DNA of 64,000 nt from Elusimicrobiaceae bacterium (lineage in GTDB: Bacteria > Elusimicrobiota > Elusimicrobia > Elusimicrobiales > Elusimicrobiaceae), in the NCBI GenBank assembly GCA_045116875.1, contig JBGUMP010000018.1, positions 6,807-70,806 of the forward strand, in the 5' to 3' direction. The notes below the pieces were generated by a model that was not told where the DNA came from, did no database searches, and saw only the letters and a list, made by a program, of their open reading frames with translations. Position 1 is the stretch's first letter, and each line of letters starts with the position of its first letter. Positions 18,001 to 26,463 of the stretch are shown here, piece by piece. A program made the translations under genes and the position numbers.

Positions 18001-19300
18001 GCTCTTGGCGGCTATGCGGGAACTTGCCCCCAACACAGGTAAAAAACAAAAAGCACAAAATACACCGGCTCCCTTTACCCCAGAGATGAAAAAAACGCAT
18101 ACCATTTTGGTGCCGCAGATGTCCCCGGTGCATTTCCAATTTTTAGAAGCCGTCTTTGCCAGCGAAGGGTACCGCATAGTTCAGCTGGAACACGTGACCA
18201 AAGAGGCCATTGAAATGGGGCTTAAACATGTAAATAACGACGTGTGTTACCCGGCCATTGTGGTGATTGGGCAACTATTAAAGGCGGTCAAAGACGGCGG
18301 ATTTGATACCCACAAAATTGCCTTGTTAATTAGCCAAACCAACGGCGGGTGCCGTGCTTCCAATTATGCGGGGCTGTTGCGCCGTGCGTTGGCCCAGTGT
18401 AATTTGGGATACATCCCCGTGCTTACAATGAACGTTAGCGGAAACTCGGCTAATATGGGTTTTAAATTCGGACATAAAGCCTTGCTGCGCGGCGTGATGG
18501 CCGGATGTTATGGTGATGCACTAATGCGGATGACCTACCGGGTCCGTCCGTATGAAAAAAAAGCCGGCTCTACCCAGCAATTGGCAGACAAATGGGTGGA
18601 ACGCATTAAGAAAAACATCAAAAGCGGCAACTTGATTAAGTTTGTATATAATATGCTGTTGATGATTTGGCAATTTGACCGTTTACCCTTAAAACGCCAG
18701 CGCCGCAAGCCGCGTGTGGGGTTGGTGGGGGAAATTTTGCTTAAATATCACCCGGATGCCAATAACCAGGCCGCGCTGGTGGTGGAACAAGAAGGCGGCG
18801 AAGCCGTCGTCCCGGATTTGGTAGATTTTATGTTGTACGGGTTTTATGACCATATCTTTAACTATCGCCATATGCAAGGTTCTTGGAAGGCCAGCGCGGT
18901 AAGCTATATTAGCATTTGGTTCTTGGAGTTGTTTCGCTTTCCGCAGCGTTTTGGGTTTTGGCTTTCCCGTCGTTTTGATCCGCCGGTGGTGTTTAAAAAT
19001 CTGCGCAAAAAAATCCGTGGGATTGCTTCGTTGGGCCATCAAACCGGTGAGGGGTGGTTGTTAACGGCAGAAATTGTAGAACTGTTGGAAGCCGGTGTGC
19101 ACAACGTGCTTTGCATGCAACCGTTTGGCTGTTTACCCAACCACATTGTGGGGAAAGGATTTATTAAAGAAATTAAAAAGCGCTTCCCGTCTGCTAATAT
19201 CATTGCGGTGGATTACGACCCGGGTGCCAGTGAAACCAACCAAATCAACCGCATCAAGCTTATGATGTCTATCTCTAAAGACAACGCGTCTGCCAAATAA
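15074..19300 (+). CDS. Fused CoA-substrate-specific enzyme activase (two BadF/HgdC-type ASKHA domains) plus 2-hydroxyacyl-CoA dehydratase-like/DUF2229 domains
   Basis: GMDVGSTTVK, IELGGEDAK, MNETCAGGTG; second copy GIDSGSTTLK, LDIGGQDIK, NEACSAGCGS; CYPAK, SFGCGVDA, QPFGCLPNH. Confidence 0.9.
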   Translation: MANEVLFLGMDVGSTTVKIVVMNAQDEILFSTYQRHMSDVLPTLIKILRQVAAQFPNHSFKLALTGSGALSLCTRLNLPFVQEVIASSLSIKHKIPQADVIIELGGEDAKLTFLTSGTDLRMNETCAGGTGAFIDQMASFLNMTVPEMDALALQATTIYPIASRCGVFAKTDIVPLINEGCAKSDICMSVMQAVVNQFIGGLVRGREITGTVVFLGGPLAFIHSLRTCFINTLKLDDQHAILPKQAELFVALGAALFAKNDTSDAKNITAVIDSFEKLGTENDIQKLPPLFKDAQERQEFLERHRQANVPSFPLEEYEGNAYLGIDSGSTTLKATLIDDQNRLLYSYYGSNNGDPFALALNILKEIYTRKKPGLVIKAAAATGYGSALLKAGLKLDIDEVETVAHCTASTFFAPNATFVLDIGGQDIKCMTLKNGVIERIGLNEACSAGCGSFIENFAKSLHMELPEFVEAALTAKNPVDLGTRCTVFMNSKVKQAQKEGAKVGDIAAGLSYSVIKNACYKVIKIHNVSELGDCIVAQGGSFLNDALLRALEIQVGKPVIRPGLSGLMGAFGAALLAKKRGPENGRQTRLLTAKDIEQLKLTTKNVRCQGCSNHCMLTIINFGGKENFVSGNRCERGAGMAKNKHINLCKYKYDRLFNYYKPLDKKQARRGTVGVPRALGMFENYPLWFTLLTELGFRVELSDASSKKLFFSGYGSIPSQTVCYPAKMAHGHIMDLLEKQVDAIFFPCIPREQKEFESQEDSYNCPVVAGYPELLSKNISELVQSNIPYYAPFLPLDADVLARRLKKVKLFRDCSARELKNAVKKAFAEQQKFAQDIRAAGVKAVEELRAKGEFGIVLAGHPYHIDPAVNHGIPELINACGLAVLTEDSVAHLKPNPGALTVRDQWTYHSRLYRAGSFTGDTDNLAILQLVSFGCGVDAITADQLEEITSAQGRLYAQIKIDEGENLGPAKIRIRSLLAAMRELAPNTGKKQKAQNTPAPFTPEMKKTHTILVPQMSPVHFQFLEAVFASEGYRIVQLEHVTKEAIEMGLKHVNNDVCYPAIVVIGQLLKAVKDGGFDTHKIALLISQTNGGCRASNYAGLLRRALAQCNLGYIPVLTMNVSGNSANMGFKFGHKALLRGVMAGCYGDALMRMTYRVRPYEKKAGSTQQLADKWVERIKKNIKSGNLIKFVYNMLLMIWQFDRLPLKRQRRKPRVGLVGEILLKYHPDANNQAALVVEQEGGEAVVPDLVDFMLYGFYDHIFNYRHMQGSWKASAVSYISIWFLELFRFPQRFGFWLSRRFDPPVVFKNLRKKIRGIASLGHQTGEGWLLTAEIVELLEAGVHNVLCMQPFGCLPNHIVGKGFIKEIKKRFPSANIIAVDYDPGASETNQINRIKLMMSISKDNASAK

Positions 19301-19315
19301 TTTGTTTGTAATTAC

Positions 19316-19343
19316 AAAGGGGGACTTTTCAAAGTCCCCTTTT
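19316..19343. terminator. Bidirectional intrinsic terminator
   Basis: aaagggggacttt-tc-aaagtcccctttt between convergent genes. Confidence 0.75.
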
Positions 19344-19377
19344 ATTTGGAAAAGTAGCTGGCACATTATCCTGGCAA

Positions 19378-19758
19378 CTATAGATGCAATTGCTTTTCGC
19401 ACTCCCGTAGTTTTCCGTCATAAACGGAAATTTTGTAATTGAGGCGCTTAAGCGTAGCTTGCAACATTTTCACTTGCGCTTGGATGCGCTCACGCTCTTT
19501 GAGTAGTAGCTCTTTGCGGGCCAAGAGGGTTTTGTCCCCTTTTTGAAACAGCGATACATATTTGTGTAAGGTTTCAATGGAAAGCCCGGCTTCACGCATG
19601 CATTTAATAAATTCTACCCAGCGGCAGTCCTCGGGTTGGTAGTCGCGCTGGCCGGCTTCTGTGCGCTGCACAGGCGGGATAAGCCCTTCTTTTTCATAAT
19701 AGCGCAGGGTATCTGCGCTTAAATTATATTTTTGGCTTACTTGTGAAATAGTCATCAT
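19378..19758 (-). CDS. MerR-family transcriptional regulator (AdhR/NmlR-like)
   Basis: TISQVSQKYNLSADTLRYYEKEGLIPPV HTH, WVEFIKCMREAGLSIE (conserved Cys), LNYKI. Confidence 0.9.
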   Translation of the reverse strand: MMTISQVSQKYNLSADTLRYYEKEGLIPPVQRTEAGQRDYQPEDCRWVEFIKCMREAGLSIETLHKYVSLFQKGDKTLLARKELLLKERERIQAQVKMLQATLKRLNYKISVYDGKLRECEKQLHL

Positions 19759-19774
19759 AAACTCCTGTACCCTT

Positions 19775-19805
19775 ATTATAACTCTTAGAGCTTGCTTTAG
19801 GGCAA
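19775..19805 (-). promoter_or_regulatory. MerR-type promoter with 19-bp spacer and dyad operator
   Basis: Minus strand TTGCCC-19 bp-TATAAT containing CCTAAAG-CAAG-CTCTAAG, close to the AdhR-type CTTAAAG-N4-CTTTAAG dyad. Confidence 0.8.
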
Positions 19806-19873
19806 TTTATTTTAGTCCTATGGATTTGATGGGCCTTTTGTGCGTCAGCAACGGGAAATCAATTTGCTAGAAT

Positions 19874-20926
19874 ATGCGTATGAAACGCAACGGACGCATT
19901 TTTATTTTACTGTTTACACTTGTTCTGTGGAGCGCAAGCAGCTTGTATGCTGTTAATTGGAAGTTCCCGGCCCGCAAAGAGGTGATTCGGCGCAACAGAG
20001 CGCGCGTGGTGGTGCATGGTGCATATGAGTGGCCCCTCAAACGGGCTGCACGGATATTGCCTGTGCGTTCGGTCAAACGTCCTACCCCTCGCACAATCGC
20101 CCGTGCCCGGCAAGATTTAACGCGCGCCCTTCAACCCTCTGTTAAAGAGTACACCCAATCAGCCCAACAAAATGCCCGTGAGCTGGCGGCCAATTTGCGA
20201 ATTCGAAAAATACTGCAAACGGTTCAAGCGCGTGCGCGCATAGAGTTGGTGCGCCGTCGTTCTTTCCCGACTTGGCAAGAAGTGGACGCGGTAATTTTTG
20301 ATTTGGACGGTACGCTGTTGGATTCGCTGTGGGCGTGGGAAAATTCCGGCACTAATTACTTGCGCTCCATCGGCATAGAGCCCGCGGAGGATTTACAAGA
20401 AAAACTGGAAACGATGTCACTTATGGACGGGGCGCGCTACGTAAAGCAAATGTATAACTTGCCGGACCCGCCCGAAGTTATTTTAGAAAAAACACTGGCC
20501 CCTATCAAAGACCGTTATTTTTATGAAATAGAAGCCATGCCGGGGGTGCAGGAACAGTTAGCCCGCTTAAACGCGCAAGGTGTTAAAATGGCGGTGGCTA
20601 CGGCTTCCCATAAAGATTTTGCACAGGCCGCCCTGAAACGCTTGGGGATGCTGGATTACTTCGATTTTATTATTACGTGTGATGAAGTGGGCGTTGGCAA
20701 GACCAGCCCCAAAGTATATGAAGAAGCCCTCGCGCGTTTGGGAACTATAAAAGAGCGTACATTGGTGGCGGAAGACGCCTTGTATGCCCTGGAGACGGCA
20801 CACCAAGCCGGGTTCCCTACCGCCGCTATTGAGGAGGCCCACTCCCTGGAGCAAGCCGCTCAAAAAATGCGGGTGGCCGATTATTATATTATTGAGTATA
20901 GCGGACAAAATACACTGAGCAAGTAA
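19874..20926 (+). CDS. HAD-family phosphatase with signal peptide and long Arg-rich N-terminal extension
   Basis: IFDLDGTLLDS, AVATAS, GKTSPKVY, VAEDA motifs from about residue 140. Confidence 0.85.
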   Translation: MRMKRNGRIFILLFTLVLWSASSLYAVNWKFPARKEVIRRNRARVVVHGAYEWPLKRAARILPVRSVKRPTPRTIARARQDLTRALQPSVKEYTQSAQQNARELAANLRIRKILQTVQARARIELVRRRSFPTWQEVDAVIFDLDGTLLDSLWAWENSGTNYLRSIGIEPAEDLQEKLETMSLMDGARYVKQMYNLPDPPEVILEKTLAPIKDRYFYEIEAMPGVQEQLARLNAQGVKMAVATASHKDFAQAALKRLGMLDYFDFIITCDEVGVGKTSPKVYEEALARLGTIKERTLVAEDALYALETAHQAGFPTAAIEEAHSLEQAAQKMRVADYYIIEYSGQNTLSK

Positions 20927-20940
20927 CTCTTTTTGCGTTA

Positions 20941-20969
20941 AAAAACCCCCGCGTTGTGCAGGGGTTTTT
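20941..20969. terminator. Bidirectional intrinsic terminator
   Basis: aaaaacccc...ggggttttt between convergent genes. Confidence 0.7.
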
Positions 20970-20990
20970 GTTTTGGGTATTCAAAACAAG

Positions 20991-21668
20991 TTATTTGGCT
21001 TTGTTAAAACCTTTCCAAATGAGGGCAGCTAACGCGGCACCGATAAACGGCCCAACGACAAATACCCACAATTGGCACAAAGCTTGTCCGCCCAACACCA
21101 AAGCGGGCCCAAAGCTGCGGGCCGGGTTGACGGAAGTACCCGTGAGCGGGATGCCCATGATGTGTACAAAGGTCAAGGTTAAACCGATTACCAAGCCGGC
21201 AATAGTGGCGGTCTTTTCGCTAGAGGTTACCCCTAAGATTGTCAGTACAAAGATACAAGTCAAAATAGCTTCTACGATTAAAGCCCCGCAAGCGGTGAGG
21301 CCGATAGAAGAAGCGGCACCATAGCCGTTGGCGCCTAACCCAGTAGCAGCAATGCCGCCCAGGTTGGTCATATTGATAATAGCGGCTAAGGTCAAAGCGG
21401 CCAAGAGCGCGCCCAAACATTGGGCTACTACATAACCAAAGAAATCTTTGGCGGTCATTTTGCCGCTCATCCACACACCCAAGGAAACGGCCGGGTTGAT
21501 GTGGCAACCGGAAATATCACCGATGGCATAAGCCATGGCTACGATAGAAAGACCAAACGCAAAGGCAATCCCTAAAGTGCCCAGCGCGGCGCCTGCAATG
21601 GCGGCAGATCCGCAGCCAAAGAGGGTTAGTACAAACGTACCTAACAATTCAGCAGTATATTTTTTCAC
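20991..21668 (-). CDS. MIP-family aquaporin (AqpZ-like)
   Basis: ISGCHINPAVS and GTSVNPARSFGPA (two NPA motifs). Confidence 0.93.
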   Translation of the reverse strand: MKKYTAELLGTFVLTLFGCGSAAIAGAALGTLGIAFAFGLSIVAMAYAIGDISGCHINPAVSLGVWMSGKMTAKDFFGYVVAQCLGALLAALTLAAIINMTNLGGIAATGLGANGYGAASSIGLTACGALIVEAILTCIFVLTILGVTSSEKTATIAGLVIGLTLTFVHIMGIPLTGTSVNPARSFGPALVLGGQALCQLWVFVVGPFIGAALAALIWKGFNKAK

Positions 21669-21797
21669 AGTTTTCTCCTAATGCCGGGGCGTGTTGCGCC
21701 GTGCGGCTAAGTTGCTACCCATATATTGTAGCAATTTAAAAGGAATTTAATAAACTACTATCGTTTCGTATCTCATGGACGAAATTCCCAGAGAAAT

Positions 21798-21861
21798 TAG
21801 GTCCAAAGACATAATTTGAAATAGGTCTTTGTTTTGTACAAAATAGGTCTTTTGGCCCTGG
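21798..21861 (+). promoter_or_regulatory. Three TAGGTC-headed candidate operator sites
   Basis: TAGGTC-CAAA-GACATA (21798), TAGGTC (21822), TAGGTC-TTTT-GGCCCT-GG (21844; 79 bp before ATG 21923). Confidence 0.6.
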
Positions 21862-21922
21862 GAAAAAACTACAAAAATGATAATAATGTAATTGTAATCA
21901 TTTAACCAAAGGAGAGGAGTGT

Positions 21923-22468
21923 ATGAAGAAGCTAATAGTGATGTTGTTGGTATTGGGTTTGGTAGCCGCCCCGGTTTTTGCTCAAAAACGTCAACCTCAG
22001 CAAGTGAAAGCAAATTTGCCTAAAATGTATGGCGAAGTGGAACTGGCTGAGTTTAATGCCGCTTACAAAAAATATACGGATTATGTTCTGTTTAATAAGA
22101 AGGCAAAATCCAAAAAGCAAGAATTACAGGCCTTGTCGCAAATGGCTGCGGCTTATATGAACGTTGATAATTTTGATCGTATTGAAAAGTCCTGCAAACA
22201 TTTCCAAGGGGTCTGGGTGATTAATGATGAAGAAGTAAATCCGTTGGACTTCTTGGCCAAACAAGGAAAATTATTGCCTCAAGAACAACAAGAGTCTTAT
22301 GCCAAGTTCTTGCAACAAGTGGAACTTGATATTCAAAGGTATCGTGCTATGCATCCGGTGGGTGAACATGCAGTAATGAAATCGGAGTGTAAACCGAGCA
22401 TAGCGGGAGAACTAATCCGGTGCACGGAGCCATCTTCTCCATTTAAGCATTTGCAGAAACTTCCATAG
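21923..22468 (+). CDS. Exported helical hypothetical protein, paralog of 12419-13021
   Basis: Signal peptide MKKLIVMLLVLGLVAAPVFA; motifs shared with 12419. Confidence 0.75.
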   Translation: MKKLIVMLLVLGLVAAPVFAQKRQPQQVKANLPKMYGEVELAEFNAAYKKYTDYVLFNKKAKSKKQELQALSQMAAAYMNVDNFDRIEKSCKHFQGVWVINDEEVNPLDFLAKQGKLLPQEQQESYAKFLQQVELDIQRYRAMHPVGEHAVMKSECKPSIAGELIRCTEPSSPFKHLQKLP

Positions 22469-22477
22469 ATGATCTGT

Positions 22478-22511
22478 AAAAATTCCCCAAACAAACAGTT
22501 TGGGGAATTTT
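22478..22511. terminator. Bidirectional intrinsic terminator
   Basis: aaaaattccccaaac-aaaca-gtttggggaattttt; homologous to the terminator at 13040. Confidence 0.8.
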
Positions 22512-22547
22512 GCGTTACAGGGGTACAAAACGTAGAGCGCTTCCATT

Positions 22548-24644
22548 TTACGACAAGTCAATTAAGTGCCAATTTTCTTGATACAACTCTTGCAGTTTGC
22601 GCTTAAACGCCAAGTGCTCGGGCGCAGAAAGGGACGGATCCGCCGCTAATAATTCGTCGCGGTCTTCAATGGCCCAGTACAAAATATTGCGGTCCTTAAA
22701 AATATCACCGGCCTTAAATTCCAATTCTCCGCTTTGGCGCGTACCTAAAATTTCGCCCGGTCCTCTAAGTTGCATGTCTCGCTCGCCGATTTTGAACCCG
22801 TCGCGTGTAGCACAAATAATATCCACCCGCTCTTTGGCTACACTACCGGCGTGTTGAGGAACCAGCACACAGTAACTGGCGTGCTCGCCGCGGCCCACGC
22901 GCCCGCGCAACTGGTGCAAACTGGCCAGGCCAAAACGCTCGGCATTTTCAATCACCATCACAGTCGCGTTTTTGACGTCAATACCTACTTCTATGACGGG
23001 CGTGGCAACCAAAATATCGGTTTTGTGTGCGGCAAAATCCGCCATCACGCTTTCCTTTTCTTGCTGGCTCATCTGCCCGTGCAAGACCGCTAAGCGAAAC
23101 TGCGGAAAAACTTTCTTAAGTTTTTCAAATTCTTCCGTAACGGCTTTGGCGGAAATTTTTTCACTTTCTTCAATAAGCGGGAACACGATATACGCCTGGC
23201 GGCCTTGGGCCACTTCGGTGCGGACACGGTCATAAGCCAGTTTACTGGTGGCGCAGTCGGTTACGATAGGTTGACGGCCGGGGGGAAGTTCGCTAAGGGT
23301 GGATACATCCAAATCTCCGTAAAAGGCCAGCGCCAGTGTGCGTGGAATAGGGGTGGCGGTCATAGTAAGCAAATCCAGCTTGGCGGTTTTTTCCTTGAGC
23401 TTGCTGCGTTGTTTGACACCAAAACGGTGCTGTTCATCTATCACCGCCAAACGCAAATTGTGAAATTGCACCGTATCCTGAATGACGGCATGCGTGCCTA
23501 CCAATATATGGATTTTTCCGTCCGCCAATTCCTGTAAAATTTTTTTCTTGGTGGCGGCTTTGGTGCTGGAGGTCAGTACAGCCACATTGACTGGGAGCCC
23601 CTTAAGCATCCGTTTAAACGTAAGAAAATGCTGCTCGGCTAAAATTTCGGTTGGTGCCATTAGTGCCGCTTGATATCCGTTTTCCACCGCCAGTAGCATG
23701 GCGCACAGGGCTACCACGGTTTTGCCGGAGCCCACATCCCCTTGCAAAAGGCGGTTCATCGGCCGGGCAGACGTGAGGTCACTAAAAATCTCGTTGATGA
23801 CCTTTTTTTGGCTGTTTGTAAATTCAAAGCCCAGCTGCTGCCGGAAGGGCGTAAGCAAATTCTTTTTGATTTTGTACGTATAATCTTTGGCTAAAATTTT
23901 GGTTTGCGTGCGTTTAATGCCCCACGCGGTGGCAAGGAGTAAAAATTCCTCATAGGCCAGGCGTGCGCGCGCGGAGGTTAGCTCGGCCATAGAGTTTGGA
24001 AAATGAATGGCTTTTAGGGCTTGCGCAGCACTGAGCAGTTTGCGCTTTTCCAACAAATTTTTTGGCAAAATTTCCGGCGTGTCTGTCAGGGTGCTGGATT
24101 GCAGGGCCTCGTACATAAATTGCCGAAATTGTTTATTGGTTAACCCTTCGGTTAATGCGTAGATAGGGGTTAAACGCCCCGCATGCAAACTGGTCAGTGC
24201 ATCAGCTGCTACGTACGCTTCTTCCACGGTTACTTGGTTAGCAAACATGGCACTGCGGTCATTTTTGCGGCCGATGACCCACACTTCATTATTGGTATGA
24301 AAATCTTTTTTAAGTTGTCCAAACGGGTCAAACCGAAACGCACGGTACATCCGTTTTTTGAACCAGGTGCACTCAATTTGTTGGCCTTTTTCGTCTTCCA
24401 GTACGGCTTTAAAGATAAGCACACTGCGCGCCGGGATTTGTTGCGTGCGCAAAACTCTGCCTTTAAAAACAACCAGCGCATCCGAATTATATTCGTTGGG
24501 GGTGGTGTTTAGGCGGCGGTCCTGGTACGTGCGCGGATAATAGCGCAGTAAGTCCTGCACCGTTTGCACTTCCAAGCGTTCAAACAGCTTGGCTTTGGCC
24601 GGGCCGATCCCCTTTAAATATTGGATTTTTACAGGCGCACTCAT
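22548..24644 (-). CDS. recG: ATP-dependent DNA helicase RecG
   Basis: RLLQGDVGSGKT, DEQHRFGV, MTATPIPRTL, GLASLHQLRGRVGRG, RGPGEILGTRQSG. Confidence 0.97.
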   Translation of the reverse strand: MSAPVKIQYLKGIGPAKAKLFERLEVQTVQDLLRYYPRTYQDRRLNTTPNEYNSDALVVFKGRVLRTQQIPARSVLIFKAVLEDEKGQQIECTWFKKRMYRAFRFDPFGQLKKDFHTNNEVWVIGRKNDRSAMFANQVTVEEAYVAADALTSLHAGRLTPIYALTEGLTNKQFRQFMYEALQSSTLTDTPEILPKNLLEKRKLLSAAQALKAIHFPNSMAELTSARARLAYEEFLLLATAWGIKRTQTKILAKDYTYKIKKNLLTPFRQQLGFEFTNSQKKVINEIFSDLTSARPMNRLLQGDVGSGKTVVALCAMLLAVENGYQAALMAPTEILAEQHFLTFKRMLKGLPVNVAVLTSSTKAATKKKILQELADGKIHILVGTHAVIQDTVQFHNLRLAVIDEQHRFGVKQRSKLKEKTAKLDLLTMTATPIPRTLALAFYGDLDVSTLSELPPGRQPIVTDCATSKLAYDRVRTEVAQGRQAYIVFPLIEESEKISAKAVTEEFEKLKKVFPQFRLAVLHGQMSQQEKESVMADFAAHKTDILVATPVIEVGIDVKNATVMVIENAERFGLASLHQLRGRVGRGEHASYCVLVPQHAGSVAKERVDIICATRDGFKIGERDMQLRGPGEILGTRQSGELEFKAGDIFKDRNILYWAIEDRDELLAADPSLSAPEHLAFKRKLQELYQENWHLIDLS

Positions 24645-24760
24645 AGCAGTATTGTAGCAATTTCAAAGCCCCTTGTTTTTTTTAGTAAATCTCTTATACT
24701 TACAGTATAACCTTCTGTTAAAACCGTGGGTGGTCTTTTGAGGAAGGGAGGATATTTTTT

Positions 24761-26452
24761 ATGAAACGGTTACTGGCGTTACTAATTGGTATAGGGGTTG
24801 CATTACCGGCTTTAGCAGTACAAAAGCCGGGGCAGATGCCGCGTTTTATTTCCACCTGGGCAGCCGTGAGGGATGCGGGCCCTGGGGAACACCATACCAA
24901 AAAACGGGATACATACACGGTGTTATATAAGTTAACGTCCGGCCAGCCGATTTCCGTATCGCTGGATTTTGCTTCTGCCACCCCGGATAAAGAACGTGAA
25001 ATCTACCAAAAGGCCCTTGACCAAGCGTACAAGGATTGGTTCCGTAACGCGCAAGAATACATCAAACAAAGCGGACACAAAAAAGATTTTACCCAGGTAT
25101 TAGCACGCCTTAAAAAACCGAAGGTAAACTTTATTACGTCCCCTAAAGAGGCGGATTTAGAAGTACATGTAATGCCTTTTGAGGATGTGCAGAAACAATG
25201 CCTGTCGCAGGAAGGATTGTATTCCGTAGCAGGGTGTGTAAGTGTGCAAATGGAACAAGCCGGCAAAATGTTCCTGCCCGATTTGAATGGCTTATACCAG
25301 GCTTTAGTCAAGGAAAATGCGCGGAATGCCAAAGTTAAAAATGTAGCAGTGAAGATGTTGTACAAAAGCACTATTCCACATGAAGTTGGCCATACCTTAG
25401 GATTAGCGGACCAATACGAAGCGGCAATCCATCATACCAGTCACGACATTTACCGCTCCACCCACGTACGCAAAGGGATGATGAACAACAATCAATTTTC
25501 GTGTGATGATGCAGACGGGATTGTCAATTTGCTAGACATCCTCTACGGGGTGGAACCGGGGCGTAGCCAAGGGTGGCATAGCCTTTGTAAAGATTCGCCG
25601 GATGTGTACGTCAACGGGGTAGCCCTGGGGACCGGCCCGTACGTTATTAAAGCACCGGATCCCTTCACCTTTAAGGTAGATACGTATCAGCGCAACAAAT
25701 TGGTACGCACGCAGTCGTTCAAACTGGAGCAGCCCACTTCGCTAAATCCGCTTACTGCCGTGCCGGATACCACCGTACTGAAAGCGGATGAGTTGGGCCG
25801 CCCGGCCCGTACGCAGGGCCCGCAAGGGGAAATTATTTACTACCAGTATAGTTACGGGTTGCAGCTGCGTTTGATTACCAAAAATGATAAGGCGTTGCGT
25901 CTGGAAACCAAAGATGATAAATCGGTGGAGCAAGGGCTTTTTTCGTTCCTCACGATTCATAGGCATTTGCACGAGATGGTTTTGTCCCCCGGCAAAATAA
26001 CCCTTCTGATGCTCAGCAAGGCCGACAACGGAGAAATGACTGCTATGTATGAGGAAAGCATCAAAGAAGGCGAAAAATTGACGATTGAAATGACCTTTGC
26101 CCCCAACGGAACTGTCACCCAAAAACAGGTGACGGATAATCGCCCGGCGGTAACAGCCACACCTCGCCCCCAGGCCTCGCCTACTGCAAACCATAAAAGG
26201 GTGGATTCCAAGGGCCAGCAAGGCCGCTCCTCTAATGCCCATGGAAGAAAAGGTACAGCCAACGCAAAGGGCTCGTCCGGCAAGCGTTCTGCTCAAGGGC
26301 CGCAGAGCCAAACTGCTTCGTTAGGTGAGCGGGTAGCCCAGCGGGTTGACCAGCAAGCTACGCAGCAAGAAATTGCCGCCAAAACAAAATTATTGGAACA
26401 ATGGGCCCGCGCGCAAAATCGCGTAGGGAATGGTAGATGGTCCGTGCATTAA
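24761..26452 (+). CDS. Exported metzincin-like Zn metalloprotease 1
   Basis: Signal peptide; HEVGHTLGLADQY; Met-turn-like GMMN; CDDADGIVNL; GWHSLC. Confidence 0.8.
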   Translation: MKRLLALLIGIGVALPALAVQKPGQMPRFISTWAAVRDAGPGEHHTKKRDTYTVLYKLTSGQPISVSLDFASATPDKEREIYQKALDQAYKDWFRNAQEYIKQSGHKKDFTQVLARLKKPKVNFITSPKEADLEVHVMPFEDVQKQCLSQEGLYSVAGCVSVQMEQAGKMFLPDLNGLYQALVKENARNAKVKNVAVKMLYKSTIPHEVGHTLGLADQYEAAIHHTSHDIYRSTHVRKGMMNNNQFSCDDADGIVNLLDILYGVEPGRSQGWHSLCKDSPDVYVNGVALGTGPYVIKAPDPFTFKVDTYQRNKLVRTQSFKLEQPTSLNPLTAVPDTTVLKADELGRPARTQGPQGEIIYYQYSYGLQLRLITKNDKALRLETKDDKSVEQGLFSFLTIHRHLHEMVLSPGKITLLMLSKADNGEMTAMYEESIKEGEKLTIEMTFAPNGTVTQKQVTDNRPAVTATPRPQASPTANHKRVDSKGQQGRSSNAHGRKGTANAKGSSGKRSAQGPQSQTASLGERVAQRVDQQATQQEIAAKTKLLEQWARAQNRVGNGRWSVH

Positions 26453-26463
26453 CGGGGTGTTTT

